From Nemertoderma westbladi (taxonomy: Eukaryota > Animalia > Xenacoelomorpha), in the NCBI GenBank assembly GCA_032718475.1, contig JAUCBJ010000778.1:1-34649 (forward strand): a stretch of DNA of 34,649 nt. Direction: 5' to 3'. Below are positions 1 through 12,009 of the stretch, in pieces (within the stretch, counting starts at the first letter, position 1; every line of letters begins with the position of its first letter). A program made the position numbers and the translations under genes. Below the pieces are notes generated by a model. It saw only the letters and a program-made list of their open reading frames with translations, did no database searches and was not told the origin of the DNA.

Positions 1-3000
1 TAGCTCTTTATTGATGAATGTTCCTGTACTACCGGAGTCAAGGAGGGCGTTCACTACATAACTCCTCTCAGGTCCGTGAACCCTTACTTGCACCACAGGA
101 AACTCTCGGATCCCTACATTGGAAGATGGCTCTTTCCAAGATGGTTGTCGCTCAGAAGTAGTTAGAGTAAAGTCGTTATCTGTATCCTTTTCATATGTGA
201 GTGCTCGATACACTGCGGTATTTATCATGTAACAGGATTCGTTTTCGTCGGAGAACTCGTCTGTATAGAATCCTTCCATCTCAGATTGATCAGTGTCGTT
301 CACATCACTGAATTGGACATGTAGCTCGGAATCACTCACCTGATTCGGACTATTTCGATCGAATTCAGCGTGCAACAAGATATGATGTTTCGCACCACAC
401 TTTGCACACCTTATGTCAGAGAAACAGGTTCGCCGTTGGTGTCCTTGTCTGAGGCAATTATAACATAACCGCTTATCCCACATGACTTCGCGTCTCTCTG
501 TTAATGATTTCTTTAGAAATTCATCACACCTATTCAAATGGTGGGTCCCGTCACACAGCGCACATTTCGGTTTGATGTTACTTACCTTATTTTGAGTCAC
601 ATTGTGTACACTTGCCTTTTCTTCGGGCTTTCTCACCTGAATTCTCTTGGGAGACGTAGGAGGAGTTTTTCTTACCTGTTCTCTCCTGTCATTTGATCGA
701 GACTTGAATTTACTCACCTGATCTTTAGGAATTTTATTTACGTAATAAGATCTATCAGTGTCTTTCCCGCTATCTTCTCCTTGAGAAGTCTGGCTTTCGC
801 CGTCGTCTGTATAACATACTGGTGTTACCTTTCTCCTAGAGACGGGTTTTTCACTTACTTTGTTTTCCGGTGTCTTCTCCCTAGACAGTTTCAGGAGCTG
901 TAATTTCACTTCTCCATCTAGGAATGACATGAGATCAGCCATGGTAGGGTCTCGTCGTTGTTGTTCCATCATATATAACACTTTCTTATCCCAGCGTGTA
1001 CCTACTCCACCTTTCGGTAAAGTAGAAGCCACTGCTCTAATAACCATAGTGTTCTGATACTCATGAGACTTACCTAGCCAATCTAATTGTCTGCAGATCT
1101 CCTGGATCTCATCGGAAAACTCGATAATTCCGCTACTAATAAACTTTCGGGGCGCTACTAACTTTGCATACAAGTACCCAGCGATATTATTCCTATTACC
1201 ATACCTGATGTTTAGTGTATCCCAAACTTGTCTTAATCCGTCTGGATGTCCAATAAACTTTAACGCCATTAACTTGGGAGATCCTTCCAAGCACTCGATG
1301 AGGTATCTAAGTTTTTCTCCATTAGATAGTACAGAGTTCTGTATGTTATCTTTGTAATATTCATTAAAAGGTAACCATTTCATCTCATCTCCATTGAACT
1401 TGACGATCTCTCCCACCTTTACCGCTTGCCGGGCTTCGGTTCTAGCCATTTGACGCGTAAAACTTTCTTGGGCCATCGTGTTATTTAATATCGAGTTATC
1501 GGTATATAAATTTCTCGGATTATGATCAGTTCTATATGGAATATCATTATCAACAGGTCTATAATTACCCTTAATAGGGTTCACTATAGGAGTTTCAACT
1601 TCGCTAGCAGTATATATGCGTGTAGGCTCCACACCTTGCGCATGAGATACTTCAGACCTAACAGGTTGACACATTGTTACAGAGGGTGGTGGTATACCTC
1701 TTTGAGTATTTACTAATTTATCGCGCTCTAGCGCGATACTTTGCTGCACTTCTTGCAACTCTAGTCTACTTTCCCTTACTGTGCCCTTGAATTGCTGGAC
1801 AGTCTCCTGCATCTGCCCGAGCAGGATATCCATCCCCCGCCGTCTCTCGTCCACCCATTCGACCGCCGAAGCGGGAGTCACCAACGTTGTAGCGGGCGGA
1901 CGAGGGACAACGGGCGACAAATTATGAATAATTCGCTCGGGGTCCAGGACCTGAACTGTATCCGGGGCAGTTCTACGGGGCACAGGTAGCTTAGTGCTAT
2001 GCAAAGGGAATTTAGAGGTAGTCTCAGGGAGCACAGGTATGTCTATCACCGAAGGGGTGATTTCAAGAACAGGCCTAATTATTTCAGGCTCATCTACTAT
2101 AGTAGGGAGTCTTTCTATTTTAATTATTTGGTCTGTGGGCTCTGTACTACCTAAGTTGGTGTTATTTAGTTGCCTTCTAACAGCTGGAGGCAAATCAGGC
2201 AATTTCTGACGGTGGAATGTTCTTTTACGTCTACTTAGACGAGATCTATTTCCTTTGCCTTCAGTATCGGTGGTATCACCTTCCTCAGATGATGTATATC
2301 CCTGTCGTTTGGGAGTAGATCGATTCATCATCTGCATATTACTAGCTGTTAACTGTTTATTTATGCAGTCTTGATTCTCCTGAATGTTTTCCAATTCTAA
2401 TTGGGTGGTTTCTTCAGTCGCTCTCCGTTCGGCTTCTGCCACTGCCTCTGCTGTTGCCAGTGCCGCTTTTCTTTCCGCTTCGGCCTCTGCCTTTGCTGCT
2501 GCTACTGCCGCTTTTGCCTCTGCCGCTGCCACTGCCGCTGCCGCTTTTGTTTCTGCCGCTGCCACTGCCGCTGCCGCTTTTGTTTCTGCTTCTGCAGCTG
2601 CCACTGCTGCTGCTACTGCCGCTGCCTTTCTGTCTTCTATACGTTTTTTCTTTACTTGTTCTTCCTGGACTCGTGTGATGCGGAGTTGTTCATCAAATTT
2701 AGCCTGATTCGCAGCCCTCATTTCCACATCGATGGCATCCAACACAAGCTTGGTTCCTTCACTATTAGGGCTAAGTCCCTCTAACCTTCTCCTCAACTCG
2801 TCATCACCTAAAAAACGTTGATAGTCTGACAGATAAATGTCAATGGCATCCGTCTTATGCGGTTTCTCTGCCGTCGCTTCACTCTCCACTTGGGAAAAAG
2901 TAGCGTCTGTTGATTCTCCATGGGTTGATCGCTCCTCCAGCTGAGCTTTCCACTGAGCTGTTCCTTGAACCTGGAGACTCACCCGTTGAAACCAAGTCTT

Positions 3001-3801
3001 TACGGCAACTTGCAACGACGTGTCTTGTCTTCGTTTAGAAGCCTCCTCAAAGGCTGATAAGATTAGCCTGATTCGTAGAATTCTTTCTCTAACTTGATAA
3101 AGCAGCAATCCCTGCTCTTGAGGTCCTTGAGGTTGTTGAAACAGTTGTTCTTTTAATCGCTCTATAGAGCTGAAGAATCCCTGTGCGTATCCGGCTGCGG
3201 ACCTCTTCCACACAGCTGGATCGATGGTTTCCTTGGCTACTCCCATCCGGTGTATGTCTTCCCAGGCAGCTTCTGATAAATCAAACGGGAGTCCGGGTCC
3301 GGGGAAGTTCCATTGCGACTCGACAATAGACTTCAGTTCTTCACTCGTGTATCCCGCATAACTATCTCTAGTTGACCGTTGACTTCTCGCCCAATCGATC
3401 TGGTGTTCTTCCACCGCGATCAATAACCTAGTGAGTACGGCTGCAGGAAGGATGAGAAGGGGATCCGTATAAACCGCATCCGTCATCTCTGCTCCGCGCT
3501 CGGGTGTCAGCTCTACAGTATCCTCACTACTGGAGCTGCTGGGCCGCTGAGGAATAAGTTCTTGATTAGCGGGTTGTTGCTGTTCCGCTGCTTCTTGGTC
3601 CCGCTTGACCTGAGCTCGGGTGCCTATGATAGACCTACGATGTTGGACTAGCCTAGGTTCTTTTATTACTACTGGAGGGATGACTTTCCTCACAGTGGGA
3701 GGTGAACTGAACTTACGACCAGACGGTTGTACGTCTCTATCTGAGTCGCAGATAGTTACATCTAATAAACTGTCTGACAGGTTCTGCTTAGTATCAGACA
3801 T
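1..3801 (-). CDS. BEL/Pao LTR retrotransposon gag-pol polyprotein, N-terminal 1267 codons (Gag plus start of aspartic protease); continues beyond window
   Basis: Manual translation from ATG 3801 (first ATG after an in-frame TAA) is open to base 1. Contains DUF1759-like Gag core (KFNGDEMKWLPFNEYY...LSNGEKLRYLIECLEG, ~1400-1200), three Cys/His knuckles typical of BEL/Pao (CALCDGTHHLNRC, CYNCLRQGHQRRTC, CAKCGAKHHILLH; 564-370) and protease active site ALLDSGS (DSG at 39-31). Confidence 0.95.
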   Translation of the reverse strand, partial: MSDTKQNLSDSLLDVTICDSDRDVQPSGRKFSSPPTVRKVIPPVVIKEPRLVQHRRSIIGTRAQVKRDQEAAEQQQPANQELIPQRPSSSSSEDTVELTPERGAEMTDAVYTDPLLILPAAVLTRLLIAVEEHQIDWARSQRSTRDSYAGYTSEELKSIVESQWNFPGPGLPFDLSEAAWEDIHRMGVAKETIDPAVWKRSAAGYAQGFFSSIERLKEQLFQQPQGPQEQGLLLYQVRERILRIRLILSAFEEASKRRQDTSLQVAVKTWFQRVSLQVQGTAQWKAQLEERSTHGESTDATFSQVESEATAEKPHKTDAIDIYLSDYQRFLGDDELRRRLEGLSPNSEGTKLVLDAIDVEMRAANQAKFDEQLRITRVQEEQVKKKRIEDRKAAAVAAAVAAAEAETKAAAAVAAAETKAAAAVAAAEAKAAVAAAKAEAEAERKAALATAEAVAEAERRATEETTQLELENIQENQDCINKQLTASNMQMMNRSTPKRQGYTSSEEGDTTDTEGKGNRSRLSRRKRTFHRQKLPDLPPAVRRQLNNTNLGSTEPTDQIIKIERLPTIVDEPEIIRPVLEITPSVIDIPVLPETTSKFPLHSTKLPVPRRTAPDTVQVLDPERIIHNLSPVVPRPPATTLVTPASAVEWVDERRRGMDILLGQMQETVQQFKGTVRESRLELQEVQQSIALERDKLVNTQRGIPPPSVTMCQPVRSEVSHAQGVEPTRIYTASEVETPIVNPIKGNYRPVDNDIPYRTDHNPRNLYTDNSILNNTMAQESFTRQMARTEARQAVKVGEIVKFNGDEMKWLPFNEYYKDNIQNSVLSNGEKLRYLIECLEGSPKLMALKFIGHPDGLRQVWDTLNIRYGNRNNIAGYLYAKLVAPRKFISSGIIEFSDEIQEICRQLDWLGKSHEYQNTMVIRAVASTLPKGGVGTRWDKKVLYMMEQQRRDPTMADLMSFLDGEVKLQLLKLSREKTPENKVSEKPVSRRKVTPVCYTDDGESQTSQGEDSGKDTDRSYYVNKIPKDQVSKFKSRSNDRREQVRKTPPTSPKRIQVRKPEEKASVHNVTQNKVSNIKPKCALCDGTHHLNRCDEFLKKSLTERREVMWDKRLCYNCLRQGHQRRTCFSDIRCAKCGAKHHILLHAEFDRNSPNQVSDSELHVQFSDVNDTDQSEMEGFYTDEFSDENESCYMINTAVYRALTYEKDTDNDFTLTTSERQPSWKEPSSNVGIREFPVVQVRVHGPERSYVVNALLDSGSTGTFINKEL

Positions 3802-3959
3802 GACTATGTATACCGTTGAATGTCTACTGCTGTATTACAGTCTGAGCAAGTCTAGTAACTCAGTATTAACTGCTAGCCTAGTAATTAATTACCGGTACTG
3901 CTACTCAGTGTAGCGTGATATATAATATATTAGAACACCGGTATGCTTATGGTATATAT

Positions 3960-4181
3960 AACTATATAAGTATTATTACAGACTAGGTTTATCACAGAAT
4001 ACCGGTATAATTTTAGCACAAATATATATAAATATATAATAGGCCTATCGGGAATACCGGTATACAGCTTACAGTTTGTAGTATATATAATTCTAGACTA
4101 GAATTAATTACAAGTACCGGTATAATTTCAGCCTAAATTTATAGAAATAAAGATAATAGGCCTATCGTAAATACCGGTATA
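3960..4181. repeat. Degenerate ~115-bp direct duplication with TACCGGTA / TAGGCCTA palindromes
   Basis: taccggtataattt.agc..aa...ataataggcctatcg..aataccggtata occurs at ~4000-4064 and ~4115-4181. Confidence 0.75.
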
Positions 4182-5094
4182 TCAATTATTTTAAATAATT
4201 GAATTTCTGAATTTTAGGGTTACTTTGTTACTTTACTTACTTTATTACCGTTATTTGAGCAGTAGTCCAACTGATATTGAGACCTAATGGTTATATGGTA
4301 GGTCTACTATTTATAAATCGTTAGATTTGATTTATAATATATATATACCCGTTTTAATGGGTTTTGTCAATGTTTGAAATAAATGTTATTATTTCTGGGG
4401 TAATCACTACACAAAGCGGTACGCTTTCAGTGAAGTGTTACGTACAGGACACTAAAACAAATAATTATAATTTACCTAAGTTACTTAACACTACAAATTA
4501 CGTACAATTCGGGTGAGATTACAATCTCTAAATAAACACAAAATACGAATTTTTAGGGTAATTTTACAAGAAGTCTACAAACCAGCCTAACAAAGGGTTA
4601 GAAATCTGGTAATTACAACGGACAGGGTACTACGGTATTTGAAAATAATAAGTAGTAGTAGATACACTGCGTTGTCCAGATAGGAAAATACCACCGCCTG
4701 ACGACCTATAGCCGTATCGCTATAGGTACTACGTTATGTATCACGGAGTGTTCCTACCTAGAAGTTAATAGAGCTAATCGAACGTGCCTATCAACCACTT
4801 TACAACACAAATATAATGCCTACACTAATTACTTTCGGAAAGCACTGTACACTAAACCCTAAATTAGGTACGAGTACTTGTACAACAGATAATCAGTAGT
4901 TAAATATACTTTAACAGCTAAAAGAACCACGGCATCTGCTGGAGTGACCGATGCACAAAATCACCAGTCTTTACCTACGCCAAGCAGCCCGTGTAGTACC
5001 GGGGTTAATTTAACTATAGCGGTATGTATAACAAACACAATTACTGTAGGAACAAACTTGGGGAATGAATGTTGCGAATAATCGCATAAACTCT

Positions 5095-5671
5095 GAATAA
5101 TAAATATTACGCTACGCGTACAAACTACTCAAACAAAATGCAGACCGAACACTGACAGACTACTATCAAGCCTAAACAAACTACGGTATATGCAGACTCC
5201 GAAATGATTAGGGAGTATGCGTTCTAACCCAGTAGTACGACTTATTCTTTAATTGGGGGTTTACCTTACAGCATTCGCTGCCCCTACTTCCTAACCGTAC
5301 TTAATCGGACAAGTGATCTACACACGCTGCAATCCGTTCAGACCTAATAACAGCCAGACAACTATCCAGCCTACAAATTATCTAAATAAAATTATACGCT
5401 ACCCGTACAGACTTACACAAACAAAGTACAGACCAAACGATGGCAGACTACTCTCAAGCCTAAATAAACTACAGGACATGCAGACTCCGAAATGATTAGG
5501 GAGTATGCGTTCTAACCCAGTAGTACGACTTATTCTTTAGTTGGGGGTTTACCTTACAGCATTCGCTGCCCCTACTTCCTAACCGTACTTAATCGGACAG
5601 GTGATCTACACACACTGCAATCCGTTCAGACTTAACAGCAATCAGACAACAGCTCAGCCTACAAATTGTCT
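5095..5671. repeat. Tandem duplication, 288-bp period, 2 copies, in retroelement leader
   Basis: atgcagactccgaaatgattagggag... at 5190 and 5478; core nearly identical, flanks more diverged. Confidence 0.95.
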
Positions 5672-5847
5672 GTACAATCTGATCAGGCTTACACGCCTTC
5701 TGTTCAATACACTACTACAAATAAATAAAACTTGACAGAAATAAGTAAAATCTCAATAAAAAACCAGGGTGGCCGTTCCCTGATTAAGTATTAAGACCTA
5801 CCGGTATACAACAATCAAATCGAATAATACTAATGTACTTATACGGG

Positions 5848-5976
5848 AAGTACCGGCTAGGACAGTTAGGCCTACGGACCTACAGAAGTACCGGTTCTGG
5901 CAGTTGGACCTACGGGCCTACAGCAGTACAGGTTCTTGCAGTTGGGCCTACTGACCTACAGAAGTACCGGTTCTGG
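5848..5976. repeat. ~38-bp tandem repeat, ~3.4 copies
   Basis: Unit approximately gaagtaccggttctggcagttggacctacgggcctaca. Confidence 0.85.
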
Positions 5977-7835
5977 TTTACCGGTTGACCGGTATTTTCA
6001 ACTTTATTGCTTACTGCAATAAAGAAGACATATATCCTTTAATGTTCGCGCTTTCAGACCTTTGGCAGTTTAACCCGCCAAATTAAGATGTCTTCTAGAT
6101 ATGAAATCGCTTTTTAGCCTATGACAAGTATTTGATTCACTACACTAGTCGAAACCAATCTGTGCGCGATCATTCACCCGCTGGATATTCCCGGGAGATT
6201 GGGTTCGACGGTTTAATTTTATTGCTATGTAAGCCTAATGTATTATTCGACTGACAGTATTATATAATCTCTGACAATATTATTCACCTTCGGGAATATT
6301 AACAGTTCCTTTAGGACGTGGCGCTTTATCTATATAAACAGAGTTATGACTTAAACTACTCACAACGATATGGCTTAATTATAATTCACATATATGGCGC
6401 ATTCTTTAGGAAATGCTTCTTTAACAGACTCACTCATACACAATGCTGCACAATACTGCACACTAATCTGCCGATCTTCACTGATTTTAGTCACATATAA
6501 AAGGAACACAGACTGACTCATGTAGGGTCTATCAAATAACATTAGATTCACTTCAAACCACTTTGACATAAGTCACAATCGTTTATCTGTAACCTTTCTC
6601 TCTTACCTTCGGTATATCAAGAATATTGGGTTTCGGGGTTATTTCTCGTTATTTCAAATATAATAATTCATCAACCATATTATGAAGAACTGACAGTAAA
6701 TAGCAGTATAACAATATAAAAGTATGCACAGTGTTACACAGTATGCAGTGTATGCAGTACTGCAGTATGCAGTGATTACGAAATTGCAGTTTGTTTTTTA
6801 AAGGATATATGTCCTTATAATTAAACCTACTAGTGTTGAGCTAAAAAGCAGAAAGCACAAAACACTAAAAGCCGTTCTTTCGTGGCTTTGAAAAACTCGT
6901 GACTACTGCTCTATACGAGGATACCAACTACCCTTATTCCACGAAGCTCCCGTTCAACACAGAGAAAGAGCAGTGAGATAGGAAAATTTCAGTTCAGTAG
7001 CTCTGTGATAGGTCAAAATCAAAGCTAACTCAAATTCTATTGGCAGATACAGAAAGCTGCAACGTGGCAATATCAGCCGTTAGCCGTCGTCATGGTAGCG
7101 ACACTGTTTGCAAGAGTATCGAGCTTTTTACGTCATGAAATTGCAGATTATGTCCTCTAAAGTACAAATACAGTTCAAATACAGAAGAAATGACTTTTAT
7201 GTCCTCTAAAACACCAGTACAGCAAGGACACGGCCTTTTTATGCCTGGCAAACCCACTACAGAGTACTTTAAGGGAAACTAACCGGTTAATGACGCAAAA
7301 GCTTTTACAAAACTTAAGTAAATTGTACTTAATAATAAATATGTTAAAATAATGAAAAGTATTTAGAATTATTAAATACATTTTTACTATTCCATACAAA
7401 TTTTTTATTTTTCTGAGTATCTTATCACATTGAACCACCATAGGTCGACAATAGGGTAATAAATTGCAATTATTGTCAGATGTTATTATGTTGTATGTTT
7501 TAATGCTGTACATAACACTATGACATAGAACAATCAATTAAACTTAAATTAGTCCTAGGCATTTTTATATCATAATGTTAGTAATGGTTATAGACCATCG
7601 AAACTCCCAAAGTTTATACACATTTATGAATATTTTAGAATAAAATATGAGGTCATGAATACTTCTAAACAATTATTTCATTTCGAAATATATTGGTATT
7701 GATCGAAATATACAAGTGGGGTGTTCCCCCATCCAGCGACTAATCATTACGATATCCGAATAACCCTGCACGGAAATATATTCTACTTCTATTTAAATCA
7801 GCTGTATAAACTCAAATTCTAAGAATAGTACTTAC

Positions 7836-7977
7836 CGATATGTGATCCAATTCTAGGTAATGAAGTTGTGTTACTATAAATCGTTCTTGGTTTATTATTC
7901 TGAAGGTCAGGAAGTGTACTGATGCAGAATGTAAGAATGGACAACATGATGGCTATTATCGTTATCCAACGAATTAC
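7836..7977 (-). CDS. Exon encoding S1 and part of the S1-S2 loop of a second voltage-gated K+ channel (Kv) module
   Basis: Acceptor tttggtttttattaactttatAG (7979-7978) and donor G|GTAAGT (7835). Phase-0 translation VIRWITIIAIMLSILTFCISTLPDLQNNKPRTIYSNTTSLPRIGSHI aligns without gaps to the S1 of the other gene (CIAIVSVLCIITSISVFCLGTLP) and carries an N-T-T sequon in the loop. Confidence 0.8.
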
Positions 7978-10900
7978 CTATAAAGTTAATAAAAACCAAA
8001 TTTTAACTACAAAATAAAAAGGAATTTATTAATTTATTATATGTTTAGAAATAACTTCAAGGTGCGTAACTTGATGACTGACTAACTTAACAACGTCTAT
8101 AACTCAATAGTCAGTCACACCATTTTAAGATCAATTTTAATGGGAGTATCTCTAGACCTACAAGTGGCGGAGCGATTGAGCAAAGTTCCAGGTATTAAAT
8201 TAATACATACCAATCAGAAACTCTACCACAATATATATATCAATCTATATTGGTCCACTAGGCATGACTAATAAGTGTTAATTCTACTAAGTAATAACAC
8301 AGTTTCTCCAAAGAGTAGAAAACCTGGGACACATTTTAATTATGTAGGCCCGTGTATGTTATGTATAAGATAACCAACATCCGTTTAATGAAGTAGCAGC
8401 ATGGATGATGTTGGCTTTGGAGGCCAGAATCGTGTTCATCTAATACAATCAGAAATTATTGTCTAACATATATCGTGCATCGATCACTCTGCATCCTTGA
8501 TTAAACCTTTTCGCTTACAAATACATCAGGCCGTATTTTATTATGAAGTAAAGTCTTGCCTACTCATCAGCCAGCCACATGGTCTGGTACCAATTAAGTA
8601 CCACCCCCCCCCCCCCCCCCCCCCCCAAATAACATCATGGGTTAAGTTGAAGAGTGTAGTTTTATTTATGAAAATAATTAGGTTGAGCATCCTTTGGAAT
8701 GTAATCATAATGGAATGAATATTACGTACAATCATAAAGAATGAATGCATATATATACACAATTTTAGCCATTAAATTCTACAAAATGGGAAATACTTGA
8801 ACATTAACGTACAAAAGGAAAATATATATGGGAAAGCACAAATGAAAGGTGTAATTATTTCCAGAGTAATTAAAATTATATTATATTATTATAATTTAAA
8901 TACGCATTCAGTTGTTTGTTTTAGAATCCACATTATTATATAATCGAAAATAAAACTGGAGAAAGCCGACGCTAACAAATTGATTCCTATATCATTTTGG
9001 TTCGAAAAACGAAAAAACGTTGTATAAACCAATTTAATAAATTCCGAAAATACCCTCATTATTTGTAAGTATGACTCTAATGAATATCAAACATTCTATA
9101 ATGTCTACCAGAAATTGTCATGCCTTTTGCTTGTCTCAAGTAACCATGAAAAAAAAATTACATGGAATTCCAATTCATTGTAGGTAAAAATATATGCCAC
9201 AGTTACCTTAGTCAGATACGGAACAAAACGCGTAAACTAAAAGTTTGTCAGTCTATTCAAGTTTCGTATTTTTAAACATTATGAAGAAATTAACACCTTA
9301 GTTCAATAATCATAGCCGTTGGAAATTTCAAATATGTAAGAAAAGACAAAAAAATTAATAAAGTTCTTTACTAGAGGTAGGAAATATGCATACATACAGA
9401 TATAATACGAAACTTGAGTTAACTCTAAATATAGTATCATTTTCTAATGATAACGATATCCATCCCTCCATACCCACATTTTTCTTCAATAATCCCTATC
9501 ATATTTGAATCAGAACTAGTTCACTACATTGTCCATTTCCAACCAGAACCAGAATTTTAGACTTCTGTCTTTTAGATTCTGTGTATTTTATGAGTTTCAA
9601 AATAAAATATTTTGCTATTTTTGAGAAATTTTTGTGTTGTATTGTTTTATGAAAAATAAAGATTTATATTCTTATTGCCAGCCATATTTTATAATTATTA
9701 TTGTGTCTTCCTCATTGCAAAAATCGGGATCCATGTGGTGGTATTTTCATGTGTGTTGGTTCTTTTGTCACGACATTACCGTTCAGACAGTGGAGCCAAC
9801 TAAAAATAGAATAATACTTTCCTATTCCATGGCCGTTACACATATAAACCACCATACAAAGTCTCGTAACGATTCAACGGAGCGTTTAGGCGGAGATAGA
9901 GCTACGACAAACATACAACATTGACAATTGTATTATAGATAAGATAAGATATACTGCTAATGTGAAGAATGGCCACGATACGAAGGGAACATTTCGCAAA
10001 ATTTACTTTATTCAAACGATTATATAAAAATTTCAAGGCAAAATAAAAAATTATAGTTTCATGTGGACATTGGCATTGAGTTGAAATAGTTGCGTTTCAA
10101 TATGATAAAAATGTTTAGAAAATATGGGCGGTCGTGTCATCAAAAACTCACACAATTATATATTTATGGGAAAAAATTACGGGGTATTATTGTTTAATTA
10201 TTATTATCTACCAAAATTAAATAATATATATAAAATACTTTGATCGCTAAAAGTGCACTTTATAAATTTACAGTATTGGAATTTATGTTGTTAAAATACG
10301 TTTTAGAAGAATGTAGGATATTCTTGTGAAAAAAATTACATTAAATTAAAAACCAGATCATAAGTGAAACTAAATAACACTTAAAAGAAATATAACTACA
10401 GACTACTAATGGTACATACTTTTTTGAAAAGTTGGACCACAATAATAAATTCACTGAACCAGTCAGTAAGATGTTTGCCCTAGGTTATCGGTACTGGTAG
10501 TGGTACTGGTACTGGTATGGTTTCGTACGATACAAATATTTTGCACTGTGAATTAATTGTTTTTGCTATTATGGCTATGAGAAGTTTCAAATGTTACTAA
10601 AATATTCGTGGGGCACATCTATTATGATTATTGCATTTAGAGAAGATTCATAACTTGATCTGTAATTTTTTAATATGTTATGAAAATTTTATTATACTCA
10701 TAACCATGTAGACATGGAGATTATAGTAAAATGTACGGAAGTGAAATGAAAGGTTAAGTTGTTATCCCAATTTAGTTAGAAAAAGGTTAAGATATCGACT
10801 CGGGGTATATAATTTTATTCAAAAATATTTAATGAAAATCAAGGTTTTTTTTGCCATTAAAAACATTAAATGTAAACATTACATTTCGTTACTCTAGCGT

Positions 10901-12009
10901 AATAGCTGATTATTGGTTCCATAGTAGAGTCCTGGCGACAGTATTACTTGTTCGTACTACTGATAAATTGTATATATTGGTAACAGTACGTTAACATATT
11001 ATAACATACGTCGGATATAAAGGCCTCTGAAATGAGTTCAAAATGAAAGTAATTAATGCAAGCAATATGATATTATTTATATTACAGTAGGAGACCACAT
11101 ATACTGTACATATGTTTGTGGTATGTAGTTAATGGGTCAATGCCAACCATATTGACCAAGTCACGTACGGGACAAAAAATATACAAAAATGTAAATCATT
11201 TGAGAATGGATGGTGTGATGGCTTTGATAATTTGATCGCCAGATACACTATAATCGGTCGCCTCCTGCTGTGATACACTCCAACCACAGTTTGTTATAGA
11301 AAAAGCTACAACGAATTTTTAAAAAAATCGTCACTTACGGGACAAATTTCAAATTTTATGATTGTGATTACGGGTTCATTTTGGCCATTAAAATTACAAT
11401 TCAGGTGCCAAACGATTAATATCCCTGCTGAGTATAATTCCTGTGAACAAATAAACGTAGCTTCGTGTAGTATATTGGAGGTCACCCTCCTTACGGATTT
11501 CCAAAACAATCTCGATCTATAGATTTACCTACACAATCTTTTCATTTTCGAATAAATCAATGTTTTTTTTTATAAAATATTCTAAATGAATATTACAGGA
11601 CTTCCAAAAAAAAATGAGAAGTTTATATTTTTAATAAGCCATTCAGGAAGAATGCGTGTTTACTGTGTAGTTAATAAATATTTGACAAACTACCGAGTGA
11701 AATGGACACCAATATAATATTCTAGACTATACATTTTAGCTATTGGCTCAATTGCTAAATCACAAATTGCATAATATTAGGGCCACCATCTGTTGAATTA
11801 CTTTTTGAATAGCATTATGATAATAATTAGTAAATTGTATGTATTATGTAAGATATGCGTTGAATGTCAGCTATACCTCTGTCGTGGAGCTACGTAGTTT
11901 GTTGTTACTGATACATCAAAACTCGAACAGTAAGAAGAACAATCAGGCAGTATGTTCTAAAACGCTGTATGATAATTATATTTTAAGACAATAAACTCTA
12001 GCCAAGAAC

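Larger units (their letters stand above)
1..7300 (-). mobile_element. BEL/Pao LTR retrotransposon, 5' portion (leader and presumed 5' LTR); right boundary approximate
   Basis: gag-pro ORF as above; 3802-~7300 differs from ordinary intron in having internal duplications and hairpins. LTR ends, PBS and TSD could not be located because the second LTR is outside the window. Confidence 0.6.

Noticed and set aside
2384-2784. Three overlapping + strand ORFs (Ala-, Cys- and Leu/Pro-rich)
   Set aside because: Antisense shadows of the GCN-rich repeat in the minus-strand gag ORF.
6375-6569. ORF with LFDRPYMSQS, reminiscent of the Kv pre-S1 LFDEPYSS motif
   Set aside because: Lies downstream of the S1 exon (wrong order), no fitting splice sites or further similarity; likely chance.
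4260-7440. PBS and LTR boundary candidates (TGG words near 4268, 6156, 6925)
   Set aside because: None matches a tRNA 3' end I recognise next to a CA LTR terminus; needs the second LTR.
8510-8580. Hammerhead ribozyme core (CTGATGAG on minus strand)
   Set aside because: No stem II closing onto GAAA and no stem I/III pairing.
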